From: Octopus sinensis
Lineage: Eukaryota
Length of the DNA: 64,000 bases
Assembly (NCBI RefSeq): GCF_006345805.1
Contig: NC_042997.1
Coordinates: 25,544,001 to 25,608,000 of the forward strand
Reading direction: 5' to 3'
Positions 1-14,026 of the stretch are shown here, in pieces. The translations under genes and the position numbers were made by a program. Numbering within the stretch: position 1 is the first letter of the stretch; each line of letters begins with the position of its first letter. The notes beneath the pieces are model-generated. The model was not told the DNA's origin and searched no databases. It worked only from the letters and a program-made list of their open reading frames with translations.

Positions 1-2025
1 CTTTTTCGACCCGATTCCAAAGATCAAAACCTATCACGTTGTGTTTTTTTTTCCTTTTTGTAATATCTGGGGTGGTTCAATTTTTATACTATTTTGTTTT
101 GTGCAGGAAGACTACAGAGCACAATAGTATCCAAGGATCCAGGCCAGCAAAATGAAGAAGATAAGGAAAATGATTCGATGATATGAGAGGTGAGATTCGT
201 CAGTAAATCACTGCCAGCAATTTGTTGCACTTTTTGATAACTGGGTTATCGACCGGGATACGAAATAATCGGAAATATAACCAGCGTTCTGTGATTTCGT
301 CAAGAAAATAGCTACGTTGAATGCCATTTGGTAACGGTGTTGTAGCAAGACTCTAGCGGGGGTACATGTCGGGGCCTGTAGCTGAGTTATTTGTAATATT
401 TGTTGCAACCAACAGGCCTTGCCCTGTCCCGATGCTAATCACCATACCCAATTCTTTATTCCCAAACACCGACCATCGACCTATTAGAAGCTACTTTACA
501 CTCACATTGTTCCTGCAAGTGTTGACCTGCATCAGTTTATAACATCAATCACAACAGTCTCGATGTCCTTCTGCAAGGACAAAGTGCTTTACAATTTCCT
601 CCAGACTCAGCAGACACGCCCGCCCGCACACAAACACGCACATACAAACACATTCAAGTGTGTGTGTTTGTGTGTGTGTGCGTGTTTGGGTGTGCGTGAG
701 TGTTTTTGCGCGTTCGTATGTGTGTATGAATAGAGAGAAAGAGAGAGAGAGAGAGAAAAACAAACAAACAAAGAGAGAGTGAAACAAAGCGAGAGAGGGA
801 GAGAGATGATTATACACACAGAGAAATGTGTGATAGAATGGCAACAAAAATACAAATAATTCATAAATTCATATGTATATTCAACACATTCACAATCTGA
901 AGTATATACACACCGTAACATACACAGATTCCAGCACTATACTGATGTCGATGACTAATATTATATGCCATCGCTTCGATGAAACTTTTCCCAATAACTC
1001 TCAAGTTTTGATTTTACTGCAACACATGTCATAGGTTTCAAAATACTTAAGTAATTTGTATACACAGGGTACCTTAATTTTTATATCATTACAATACACT
1101 TTTTCAGTGGGGTTGAAACAAATTCCACTTGATCATGTTTAAGTTGCTGTTTTTAATTTCATTCTGTATTTTGAAGATCAAATTTCGTTATGATGTTGAT
1201 GAATGTTTCTTTATACTTGGATGTTTCTCGGCTGTGATTGATGTGCAACTTCTTACTGTTGCTGACAGCTATATATATTAGCTAGTTCTCCTATCAGCTA
1301 ATGTGTTCTAAATTTCTCAATATAGAAACCCTTCAGTATTTCATATCATACTTGTTGTACCTCATCGGTTCCTTTTATCTTTTTTGCAGCTTCATTTTCT
1401 GCTCGATAGTTGCAGAAACTTGCGTATATATCGGACTTTTTTTATATTTTGTGTATTGCTTTTTCGTCAATGAGGTAGGGCCTAGTGCTTCACCTGGCGT
1501 TTTACGAAGGATTTTGCTTTCATTTGTTGCTCACCTGGAACTTTGATGTCATTAGTTGAGTCCACCATATTTGAGATATTTATAAGAGAAGTCCGAGTAG
1601 AAGATAATGTCCATTATGTATTATATATGCAAACATCCCAAGTTATGTATTGTATAGTTGGAAGTGACTATTTGAATTTACTGCAAGTCTAAAGACATCT
1701 GTTCTTTAAATACATATAATTTAATCGTAACTATGATGGAGAGACAACGACAATGATGTCAACTAACTCTCCTCACCACTAGGTCGATAACAATTATTAA
1801 GATAGCGTGTATATCAACAGTGGTGGCAAATGAGTATGTTTTACTACAGGCACCAATTCCTATATCTAATAGTAAAATAGAATAATTTTTGAAATGAATT
1901 GATTGCGGTGTTCAAATATATCAAATTTATATCTTCAACAGCATTAGCAAAATGTTCATTATCCAACAATACAAAATATAATATCAGTTTCAAATTTTGT
2001 CACAAGGCCAGCAATTTCAGGAAAA

Positions 2026-2183
2026 GGATAAGTATCGACCCCAGCGCTCAAATGGTTCTTATTTTATCGACCAGAATGAAAGGCAAAATTGACCTTGATA
2101 GAATTTTAACTCAAAACGTAAAGACAGACGAAATGCCGTCAAACGTCTTTCCCGGTGTACTAACGGTTCTAACAACTCACCGC
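2026..2183 (-). mobile_element. Degraded partial copy of SINE family A
   Basis: Reverse complement matches the family A body seen elsewhere in the window (ttatcgacc...atgaaaggcaaa...gaatttTaactca...gacgaaat...ctaacggttct). Confidence 0.75.
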
Positions 2184-2752
2184 GTTACGAAATATATTAA
2201 AATATTAATACATACATTAGGACGTTCAAAACTGCCTCATTTATTTTCTATTCTGACTGAGCTTAAAGTACTGGATTAGCAGAATCAGTAAAACGTGCAC
2301 CGTAATTTTAAGCGATTATTTTTTCAGCCAATTTAAGATTTAAGGTCAAATTACGCCTTCATAATCTTCGTATTTCTTATTTCGCATGTCGATAAAATAG
2401 AGTACATGAGTCGATATCATCGTCTGATTACATTACGACCGAAATTTGTGAATTTGTACACGAATAAGAATTATGTTACACCGACTTTGTCAAATTAGTA
2501 ATTTTGGCAGGTGTTCTCTTGGTCAGTCTCGTGTTAATACAAACCTTGAGAGTGGAGTTTCAGCACGCGAAGTTAGTGGAAGCTCGACTTTACATACAAG
2601 GCTCCCTCTAGGTACAGCTTTCGACAATTTTCTATTTAATGTGACTTTTAGCCCAATATATTAGATGATATTCATAGATTTCTCAACTTTGCGTTTCACA
2701 GTAAAAATGATATACATATTTTCTTAAATGTGTTTAAAAAACCCAAATAAGT

Positions 2753-2895
<143 letters not shown>

Positions 2896-2896
2896 T

Positions 2897-3090
2897 GAAC
2901 CACTGAACTCTACACGTTTTCTTTACATTCTCTATTTTTTCATTCTTTCTCTTTTTATTTCTTCTTATTCATTTCTGTTGAAGACCGTAGGCTTGAAACC
3001 TAAAAGATTTTTTTCCATTTTTCCCGAGCGTCAAACTAATACAATTGCTTGTTGTTCCTATACCTGTCTTTGTCTTTTAATTTTTATATA
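2897..3090 (+). mobile_element. Interspersed repeat family C (~190 bp, TA-flanked)
   Basis: Shares gaagaccgtaggcttgaaac...gagcgtcaaactaataca...acctgtctt with copies at 26150-26340 (-), 30358-30538 (+) and 41130-41220 (+). Confidence 0.75.
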
Positions 3091-3257
3091 AATGTGAACT
3101 ATATATATATTTTTTCTGTAGTTTCAGCTCAGAGCTGCGGCCATGTTGATGCACCGACATTTTGGTACACACTAATTACTAAGAGCTTCCTCCAATATGT
3201 GGCACTTGGTGAAGAATGGAGTTTCATATAGCTACCCTCATTTGCACCTCTTGCCGT

Positions 3258-3490
3258 TTATTTGGGTGAAACCGGGGCTAATAAAGTTAGCAGAATACAA
3301 GGTATAGACTTTGCAGCAACACAATACAAATTCATGTCCTCCGTGAGAATCTCCTGGTAAACTACTTGATTAATCCCAAAGTTGTGTGAGCTTTGCTGGA
3401 TTCTGGGGGAGAGTAATGCTATAATTTTCAAATTTCTTGATATTTTAGTAACTATTCGTAGCCATAAACATTCATCTTTATTTTTCATTC
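3258..3490 (-). pseudogene. Possible mariner transposase fragment
   Basis: Translation ...QEILTEDMNLYCVAAKSIPCILLT resembles the mariner motif ILTxDLxMxxVxAKxVPxLLT; heavily degraded. Confidence 0.4.
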
Positions 3491-5149
3491 CACCGCTCGT
3501 GATACGTGTGTGTCACTAAACGGTTTGTTCGGCCTAAGAAATATATGTTTGACTATGAACTCCAAGTGTCCCAAAGCAAATTTTCTGGACCTCATGCTAT
3601 CATTCAATGTGGAAACATTACTAGAGTTTCTAAGATGCATCATTCACGAATAAGAGTGGTTCTAACGTAATATCATTAAATTTCGCCTTCTAATTAGGCT
3701 GGCAGTTTTCATTATCTTTTTACAGTCAGAACGATGGGAGTAACAGCCCATTTCACAGATTCTACCTGTAGTTCAATTTGAGTTTTCTCACGGGGTATTT
3801 CTATAATTCTAGCCAAAAATGTGTTAAGGATGGATGTTTCTCTGGAATACACCGCCGTTCCATACGCCAAGAGAGAGAGAGAGAGAGAGAGTTGATCTAA
3901 GAACAAGAATCTCATACGGCTTATCGGCAATAGACTTTAACACGCACATACATAAACACTCGCAAATACACGCACATATATTTCCTTCACGTAGTATTGC
4001 TGTTATGTTGGAAATATGTTTGAAAAATCTTTTAGTTGACACTACATATTTTCTTCGTTGATACCCAAAATTCATTAACTATTTCAATATCCATATGCTT
4101 TGGTTTTATGCTTTGCTATGTTTCAAGCCACTATGTAATCTTAACTTTAGTATTTCTTGTTAAGAAAACCATTTCTAAACTTCGAAGTGATTATGATTTT
4201 TACGTTATACATTTGTGTGTATCCATATAGCTAAACTCTGCAAGTGGTTTAAATGTCGTGTCAAAAACAATTTATTTTATGCTAAAGAGGAGTAAATATT
4301 ATACCAATCGAAAAACTGCGGTAGATGGTACTTCCGTATTAATAGCAGACTATTTCCTCATTGACCTCTAGCGATCTCTGAGAAAAGAAAATACATATAA
4401 ATATTTACATGTGGTTGCAAACATGTGGTTCATAGTGTAAAATGTGTGCTGTATAGATATTAAACGAAGCGAAAACAAAAATATCAATGAATGAGGGTCG
4501 GGTGGGCTACCACAAATTAAAAACAAAAGTGAGAAACTATTTTCCTACATATCAAGTTACATACATACCAATATGCATATAAAGATAGATACATACATAT
4601 CAATCTTTTTCTATCCTTCTCCCTTTGTCTGCCTGTCTCTCTCTCTCTTTCCCCATATATAAATGTGTGTGTGAATACAGATTTATATATGGATAAAATA
4701 TATAGTTTTGGCAAATGTTAAAGAGCTTAAAAGTGACAGGAATCAGTTTTATGTACGTAATACTTTAGAATATGTCAAGTAAGATGGTTAAAGTTGACAC
4801 TTCACGCCAATTTCCATCGGTAGTGTAGCGAAGCATGCGCACTTCGTTCACAATCTGTCATCAATCTGCATGCTTTCCTACAGATATATGTCATTTATAA
4901 AGGTCATTCTGTGTAATTCTCATATATAACAATGAGTGTAAGTCATTAGTCACAATGTTGAATTTGGTGTAGGATAGAAGGTAAGGTCCACCCACAACTT
5001 ACAAATAGCGAATGGAATTATAAATATATACATAAATAAAATAATTGAATAAAACTTCTTATTCCATATAGCGTTTCGCTCGAAAAATAGGGATTTATCA
5101 CAATCACGTCGCCTGCTTATGTCGCCGAGTACTTATAAGTAAGAAATAT

Positions 5150-5510
5150 TTATCAAGATAAGTATGGTTTTGTAACCTCGTGATTTTGGGTTCAGTTCTA
5201 CTGCACGGCACCTCAAGATAATTTTTTTCTTCCATATCTACTATATATCAGGATCGACTAATGACTTGAGGAACTGTGCAGGACTCCATTGTGTATGTAA
5301 ACGCGTTTCTGTCTCTCACCACTTAACTACAGGCGTTGGTTTGCCTGTGTCGCCGAAATTTAGCGTTCGGAAAAAGCGATTGATAAAATAAGTATTCCAC
5401 TCAAACTTATGTAAAAAAGTTCGATTTGATCGACTAAAATTATTCAAGGGGCTGCTACTTCTTGGCCGAAGTTGAATAAATGCTACGAAGCATAAAACAA
5501 TGAAAGAAAA
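5150..5510 (+). mobile_element. Old degraded family B-like SINE
   Basis: gggttcagttctactgcacggcacct head-like segment, then tagcgttcggaaaaagcgattgataaaataagta...tcgatttgatcgactaaa matching the B tail. Confidence 0.55.
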
Positions 5511-6911
5511 ACGTACAGTAGTGAATCGTAGATTATCTACTTCAATGTAATGACAATTTTCTAAATAAGCTGCAATTAATAAAATCCCATTTACCCTCGA
5601 TAATTTGCTTCATATATTGTAAGAACTTCCAGGTTCTGTTCTATTAGCTTATTTATATAGATAAGGTTCTGAATGAAAAACGTATATAGTGCTATTATTT
5701 TTAAAGTACAGGTATTCCATAGCTGTATGATGTTCCCTTTTGACCAAACCGGATGAAGTAATCTGTGCGGCTCCTCTGAAATTGCCCGCGTACAAATTAT
5801 GAAAATGTCAGCTAACTTTCTATATTTTCTCATTTACATAATATTGTATACTCGTCCTTTCGTCACTGCAGAAATATTTTCGATAGTTTGTTACAGGCCT
5901 AATGCATTCAGGTTGTCCATTACTGTGTAAGTTTCATTTAAAGTTGAAAGTGTGAATTGAGGGATATGGTTCTTATTTTAGCAGTTTGATCGACCGAGAT
6001 ATCATATTGTTGTTTTGAACATAACGAGATTCTTCCAAATGTCTATCTAAGTACATAGTTTAATATAATAACTTTCAATATTCTTTTAACGAAAGTTAGG
6101 ATTACAAGGTTTAAAATATCTGAGATGTCAAGCTTGCGGTATTAATTGAAAGCACACGGTAAGTTCTTTCATATATTTGTAACTTGCATTGCCAGCATGT
6201 CTTAAATAATGATTTTATGTTATAAAACAAATTTACTTCACATCTTTTCTGTTATTTCCTACACATATTTCCTTTAGTCTTCTTGACTTTTTTGCTCTAG
6301 GTCTTCTATTCAGGGATATCTATCGAGCATATCTTGCATATCATTAGAGTGATTCATATTGTAACAAGGAATCTAACCAAAGTGATCTGTTCAATAGTTA
6401 ATTTGAATATAGTGTTATCTGTTTGTATTGCATATTGAAAGAAAGTTTTTACATAGATCAAGATAAAATCAATGACAATTTACTGGCCTTTACAGAAACT
6501 AATGAAAGTATGTGTTTTATTATATATGTAATAAATGCTTCTAGGAAATACACATTGGCAAAGTTTAGTGAATTTTAATCATCAAAAGAAGTTTAATCTT
6601 ATAATATTAGCTTTTATTTAAAACCTAGAAGCATCAATCCATTTGTTTGTACCCCAGGCGTTCGACTGGTGTTCTGTTGATAATTATAGTTGTAATGACA
6701 TGCAATGAAAGTAAAATTTATGAAAGAAAAACAGGAAATCGTTTTCTTTTCTTCATGTACTTATCAAAGAAAACCTGCTTCCTCATCAGGCAGTGAATGC
6801 CAGATCCACTTGATCATATGCTTGACAAAACACATATAGGTGTTCATACTATAGTAGCCGTTTATTTACCGTAATCATTAACGTTTTTTTTTAGTTCATG
6901 CATATGATATA

Positions 6912-7141
6912 CAGGGTTAGCCATAAGTCGCTCGACAGTAAATCAAAATTCCATGAATTACTATTATATTGACTCAAATGGAAAAATGTGACGCTCAAGG
7001 AGGACTTCAGTTTTAACAATTTTCATGATGTTTCATATTTAAATGCTTTTATTAAAGTCATTCAGTTGTTAAACATAAATAATTGAATGGTTGGAATTAA
7101 ATGGGTTTGACTTACTTTCACGTGACTTTTGGCCAACCCTG
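6912..7141. mobile_element. Tc1/mariner-type MITE (230 bp)
   Basis: TA|cagggttagccataagtcgc ... gtgacttttggccaaccctg|TA: ~20-bp imperfect TIRs with TA target duplication. Confidence 0.85.
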
Positions 7142-8559
7142 TATAGAGATTTGTAGGGTTTATGGACTGTTTATTATATTAGCTGGTTACTTTTCTTAAC
7201 CTGTATAGAAAAAATTACTTGAAGGGATAAGATATAAAATACGAGATAAAATCTCCAGTTCGACTGAACATGCTCCATAGATTTTCTAAGTAATTTGTCT
7301 CACAAAGGTTAGCTGGAAATACAGCAGCATCCTCTATTTGCGACGCATTAACTACCTAGTATGTATGTACATTCATACATGCATACATATATACATACAT
7401 ACATAGATATGTATATATATATATATACACACACACACATATATATATATACATATATACATTAATATATATATATACATATATATGTATGTATGTATTA
7501 ATGGAGAGTGAGATACGTATGCTTATACATATGTGGATACATGCATGTGTGTTATCTGGTAGGTCAGGTAGCAGGTTTCTAAATTATGTTTTTTGTGAAC
7601 TTATAAAGAATTATTCTTTTATTTTATTAATAAATTCGTTATGAAACATACTTTTAATAGAATTTTAACGTATTGTATAGAAGCCTTACATATTCTCTGA
7701 TACCCCTTAAAAGATTATCAATATTCATTCTATAGCGGATTCATCAGATTTCCTTTGAAGTTAATTCGTATTGTGGTGGATAACTTAAATTGTGTAAAAG
7801 CAAATTTTGTTAACTTAAACGACACAAAATAATATCAATATTTAAATATATTTATTAAATTATTTTTGTATAAGGCAAATTTCAACCAAAATATACCTAT
7901 TTGATATTATTTGTCATATAATAATATTATCAATTCTAATAATTCATTACATTTTAAGAAAAATAATGTAGATATATATGGTATATAAAGGAAATGGTTT
8001 ACCTGCATTATCATTTTGATAATAACATGGATTATAATAGCTTGAATATAATGCGTTTCGTCCTATGAAATGCTTCAGAATTCATTATTCGAGCTATCAT
8101 CTTGTTTTCAAACTCAATTCTTTAAAACACTTTAACAATTGGAATAAATACGATAGGAAATATTGCATTTAAGACGCTTAAAATCTACTTTGTATGATGA
8201 ATGTAGTTGATAAAGCAGTGAGAATAAACAATGGTAGAAATATACAATACGATATTTCACCGAATAAAATTCATCCGTGATACAATTCTGTAAATTATGT
8301 ATCATAATACACAGACAAACACACACTCATACATACATGCATACATACATACATATATACATGCATGCATATATACATACATGCATACATACATACATGC
8401 ATGCATGCACACATACATGCATACAAACATACATTATTTATGCGTGAATGTATGCATAGATACGCATGTAATATATAAATTTGTGTGTGTGTATGCATTT
8501 TTGCATGTATTTGTATACACACAGGTATGTGTATATTTACAGACTCACAGCACTCCATG

Positions 8560-8614
<55 letters not shown>

Positions 8615-11136
8615 CAAACAGATCTTATTGTATGTATGCATTATATTCTAAAATAAATACAACTTCGAAAAGTCATTTGTGTTGAAATGAATGATGTTGT
8701 TATTAAATAACTGTCAGTACTTTAAAGTTCCTTGTTCTACCATATAAAACAGTATATGAAGGTAAAAGTTGACGTTAATATTACGTGAAATCAACACACT
8801 GAATATTACAAAATCAAGAAGCATATCTTTAAAGTAATGTCATTTTGCATTTGGAAAAATTAGTCACATGTCTGTTAAAATGTCTTACATTTTTACTTAC
8901 GCCATAAGTTCAATTTTAATCGGATTCTGACTGGCCTGCTATTCTTAAGGGATCTATAAAATATAATACATGTTGATAATTGGGTTAAATACAATCGAAA
9001 TTTCCTTACTGGTATATTTTAGTCATTGTACCTATGGAAGAAATTAATGTTTACGAGCTTTATTTAAAAAACAATTCCAATTCCTGTCAAATACCATTAT
9101 TTTACACTTTTAAACTATCTACATTGCAGGAAATTATAATAGGAAGTCAAATAAGTTTTATAATAGAATACTTCTATGACCTCAGAGACTTTGCAACTGC
9201 CTCCCTACTTCCAAAATATTTTATCTGAATGATTGTCGCTGGGCCGTTTCAAAACACAATCAAACAGACTGCTCTCGTATGTCCTATCTCCTTAAACGGC
9301 CCTTTCTAGAGCTACTATATTGGCTACTGCTTCGCGAAGATAGCTTGTCTCATACTACCCACACTTAGGTATTCAAAACCCCTGTCATTTCTCTTCTTTT
9401 CGTCCCCGTTACAAATTCAACCTCCTAGCCTCTGTACTAATCCTTTTATGGGTTTCATAAGAACAATGACAAATAAGTTAAAGCAACAGGCCTTAATTAG
9501 GATTATCAACCACATAAAGCGCGATTGCGTATCAGTCGAAGTGTTGACATTTCTTTTAACTTAATCAATCGAGTTTTGTCTAAATGTAATAGTGATCTGA
9601 TACATATAATCTCGAATGAATGAGATAGCCTCTACTCAGCCGATAGAAGCGCTTGTCATAATAGCATCATATGATAAAATCCTTTACGAAAATATTTAAT
9701 CAGGAAATACAGTGAGCTAAACTTCAACAATATACAATATATCTGAAGTATAACATTTACGTATATTTCCCCTCGTATCAAGTACAGAATATTGGACTTT
9801 AATGTCATTTCATAATAAAAAAATCCTTGAACGAAAAAAAAAAAAATATCCTCAAGCATGAAGATCCACAAAATGGACAAATTAACGCAAATGAGACGAG
9901 TTACACATATTGGTTGAAGCTGCTGAAAATAGCTACCAATTCACCCTCGTTTAGCCTAAAATACGATATTTGTTTTGTCCCTAATATGCGAAGAGACGTG
10001 GTGATCATCATATTACTCGTTCGAGTGAGATCTGGGCGAACAATCCTCAGCAATAACAGCTGTCAACAGTTGACACTCTTTGGTCTGCTTTCATCTATAA
10101 ATAATGTCTCGCCTCAAAATATTTAACTAACGTATCTCAGACTATGTCATGATAATGATTTTGAAGAAGAATTAAATACTAGTATACAATAGTAACAGTG
10201 ATAAGAAAGTCGAAGACCGTAATAAGTAAGCAAGAAAGAAAAATTAAATATGTGTATGTTAAGCATCCTTACCTTATCCCTTAATATAAAATAAAAAATT
10301 CCAATCCCGCCAAATATTAAGGCGATATGATCATCTCCTTTGTGTTCACTGTCTTTAGGGGACACCACTTGAAGAATATAATGATTATTTATTATCTCAT
10401 TATAGAAAATTATGTTAGCTTTATCATTTCTTTCGGTAACTTTTGCAAACATAGATATTCATCATAGTTACATCATAGTTATGTGGAACAACTATCAGGC
10501 ATACATTTACATTCCCATCAAAATAACATTAACAATGTCTGAGAAATTTTATCTTACGAATAATATTATATTTAACTAAATGTATTCATTATATACACTG
10601 ATGGAAATAGATATTCATTTGACCACTGATTTGAAATCAGAAGTGATAAGGTGAAAGCATTTCTGCAAATATAAACGGAGGACTTCCTCATTTAACAAAA
10701 CAAAACACCCAGAAATTTAATTTGAACTATTTTCAATAGCCCAAATATAGATTTTTGCACAAATAACTATATAACAGATTCTGCAGATCATGATTGTAAC
10801 CGACTTAAAATTTGGTTAGTAGAGTTAAGAAATTCCCTTCTTTAACACCCTCCACCTTTATCGGAGTTCACTCCGTGGAAGTCATTCGGCCAGGCATCTG
10901 ATATGAGAACACCTTCTACCCACCTCAATGACCCGGAGGCCTTAAAACAAGTTATGGACAATGCCTTCTCTCTTCATTAAAAATCATTTAAAAATATAGC
11001 TGCATGCCTAGAAAATAAGCAACTCTTTTGGCTTATTATAATTTGTCTATTTTTCGATCACAGAAGCAATGTAATATCACTTAAGTCATACTTTAATAGC
11101 GTATACAACATAACATTGTCAATAACTTTTAATATA

Positions 11137-11685
11137 TTGGGTTATGCGGAAAGTTCATACCGATTTATAGTAGCTTACCTTTCCACTTATTTTAGAACAT
11201 ATTTTAGTCCATAAAATAGGATTTTACTACACCTCCATTTAGAGCAGAGTTTAAGCTATATTTTCCTGGAAGAAGGTTTATGTTCCTATTACTTGCGTTA
11301 ATTCTGTAACCCTTTAAAATGGAAGATAAGAAAGTTCATTTTCGGCACTTGATTCTTTTCTTTTTCCGTAAAAGGAAAATGCCTCACAAGAAACCAAAAA
11401 AATATGTGAAGTTTCTTTATCCTAAAGACTGTACAGAAGGTTCCGAGCTGGAGATTGTAACCTTATTGATAAAGAGTGATCAGGCAGTCCATCCACTACA
11501 GATGATGACCAAATCAAGTCATTAATTGAGAACAACCCACGTTGCATAACCCGATACTTGGCAGAAAGCCTCAACCTATCAAAATCCGTCGTTCATGTGA
11601 ACCTGGTAAAGCTTGGGTAATGGCAAGTATTTATTCACCCTTTTCTTTCCTTTAAAAATCGGCATGAACTTTCCGGACAGCCCAA
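11137..11685 (+). mobile_element. Internally deleted mariner element, mellifera-like
   Basis: TA|ttgggttatgcggaaagttcataccgattt ... aaatcggcatgaactttccggacagcccaa|TA TIRs; internal ORF 11319-11525 MEDKKVHFRHLILFFFRKRK resembles the mariner transposase N-terminus; catalytic domain absent. Confidence 0.88.
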
Positions 11686-11840
11686 TATAAATGGAAGTAA
11701 CATTCACTTAAAACAATCATATAGAACTAAAATATCAGATAGATTTTCAGGTATAACATGCAGCTAATACTCAGAGCTTTGTTTTCTTAAACATGATAAG
11801 GAATCCATCTGAAAATAAGTGAAGGTTTACCTCATCTAAA

Positions 11841-11845
11841 CACAC

Positions 11846-11899
<54 letters not shown>

Positions 11900-12023
11900 T
11901 TACGTATGTGTGTATGTATAAAGTTAAGACGATGCAAAAGCACATTTTGACCATCAATAAGTAATATCTGATAGGTTATTCGGTCACATGATGTATATGT
12001 ATGTATTTAAACAGAGTGGGTGT

Positions 12024-12067
<44 letters not shown>

Positions 12068-12072
12068 CTGTT

Positions 12073-12106
<34 letters not shown>
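11841..12106. repeat. (CA)n, (GATA)n and (GA)n microsatellite cluster
   Basis: Direct reading. Confidence 0.9.
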
Positions 12107-12111
<5 letters not shown>

Positions 12112-12370
12112 AGGATGGAGAAAGAGAGACAGGCTGAATGGCCTAATGGCTTGGGTTTTTAAACCAACATGTCATGATTGCACTTCCTGCACCGAGTTGT
12201 GAGTTGTTCTTGAGCAAAACACCTCATGTTACGCAGCTTTGCGATCACTTCAACACTTGATATACGGAGTTATGTAATATATAGCATACATATGTGATCA
12301 TAAACAAATCATTTGTTGATCAGAAAGAGATTGCAGAAACGTCTTTTTCGGACAGGAGAAACTACCTTTT

Positions 12371-12413
<43 letters not shown>

Positions 12414-12434
12414 TATATATATATATATACTCTC

Positions 12435-12843
12435 TCTTTTTACTCTTTTATTTGTTTCAGTTATTTGACTGCGGCCATGCTGGATCACCGCCTTTAGTCG
12501 AGCAAATCGACCCCGGATCTTATTCTTTGTAAGCCCAGTACTTATTCTATCGGTCTCTTTTGCCGAACCGCTAAGTGACGGGGACGTAAACACACCAGCA
12601 TCAGTTGTCAAGCAATGCTAGGGGGACAAAAACAGACACACAAACAAATACACACACACTTATATATATATACATATATACGACAGGCTTCTTTCAGTTT
12701 CCGTCTACCAAATCCACTCACAAGGCATTGTCGGCCCGGGGCTATAACAGAAGACACTTGCCCAAGATGCCACGCAGTGGTACTGAACCCGGAACCATGT
12801 GGTTGGTTAGCAAGCTACTTACCACACAGCCACTCCGGCGCCT
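12435..12843 (-). mobile_element. tRNA-headed SINE family B, near full length
   Basis: Reverse complement starts aggcgccggagtggctgtgtggtaag...ggttccgggttcagtacc (A- and B-box-like), has an internal CA/TA microsatellite and ends ...gcatggccgcagtcaaataactgaaacaa; >=6 copies in the window. Confidence 0.9.
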
Positions 12844-12866
12844 ATATATATATATATATAATATAT

Positions 12867-12903
<37 letters not shown>

Positions 12904-12904
12904 T

Positions 12905-13439
12905 ATCAAAATCAAGGAACGGCCATAATAGGCCATTCACCCACTAGAAATAACAGCCAAAGCTTCAACCGCAAAACAACATCAATTCCGCAAACCAGGA
13001 GAAAATTAAAAAAACATTTACCCTGTAGTTCCTTATACGATGCACCGTTTCATCTATTGTTTAATGGTAAACTAACCTGATTAAATTAAATCAAGCTAGT
13101 CTTCCATAGGCCGATAGATTCGTCAGTAAGAACAGCCAGATCGGAGCAGATATTTACACGAGGCACTTCTATCACTGCCTCGGCAATATCTGACCTAAAA
13201 TTTTCAAATCATCGCACTCGCGCCAAATTTATCGCAGCAAATATAAGCCGCCGATTCCATTACGGAATTAACCAGAAAATTCATAATTAATCAATATAGG
13301 GTGGCAAAAAATTATGGCCGTTCCTTGATTTTGATGTTGAATTTATAAATGGTCTATGACTATTTAATTTTTTCCGACTAGGCCGCTGGTGGCAAAAAAA
13401 TTCTACGGAATTTTTTGCCACCCTATATTGATTAATTAT
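12905..13439. repeat. TA-flanked element with two interlocked perfect inverted repeats
   Basis: 25-bp arms 12905-12929 / 13311-13335 and 31-bp arms 13283-13313 / 13409-13439. Confidence 0.8.
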
Positions 13440-13449
13440 ATATATATAT

Positions 13450-13533
<84 letters not shown>

Positions 13534-13543
13534 TATATAATAT

Positions 13544-13575
<32 letters not shown>

Positions 13576-13597
13576 CATACATATATATATATATATA

Positions 13598-13816
13598 TTA
13601 CTTATATCAGTTACTTTTGAGTGCGGCCATGCTGGAGCATCGCTTCAAAGAGCTTTAGTTGAATAAATCGACGCCAGAACTTTATTTTCTGAAGCCTAGC
13701 ACCTATTCTATCGATACCTTTTTACCGAATCACTAAGTAACGGGAAAGTAAACACACTAACACCGTATGTCGAGCTATGGTAGGGGACAATCACACACAC
13801 ACACACACACACACAC

Positions 13817-13850
<34 letters not shown>

Positions 13851-14026
13851 ATATATATATATATATATAATATATATATATATATATACGATCGCCTGCT
13901 TTTAGTTTCCGCCTATAAACTCAACTTATAAGGATTTAGTTGCTAGAGAGTAGAAGGTACCACTCAGTAGAACTGATCCCGAGAGCATGTGGTTGAAAAG
14001 CAAATTTATTACCTAACACCCACGCT
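13598..14026 (-). mobile_element. Degraded SINE family B copy
   Basis: gcggccatgctggagcatcgc...aatcgacgccag...ctaagtaacggg...catgtggttg collinear with the other B copies. Confidence 0.8.

Noticed and set aside
107-189. Acceptor/donor-bounded 83-nt segment (RLQSTIVSKDPGQQNEEDKENDSMI*)
   Set aside because: All three frames hit a stop before the donor; could be a final coding exon but nothing else supports it
10273-10367. Minus-strand candidate exon VSPKDSEHKGDDHIALIFGGIGIFYFILRDK with a GTAAGG donor
   Set aside because: Weak AAG acceptor, no recognisable homology, no linkable neighbour exon
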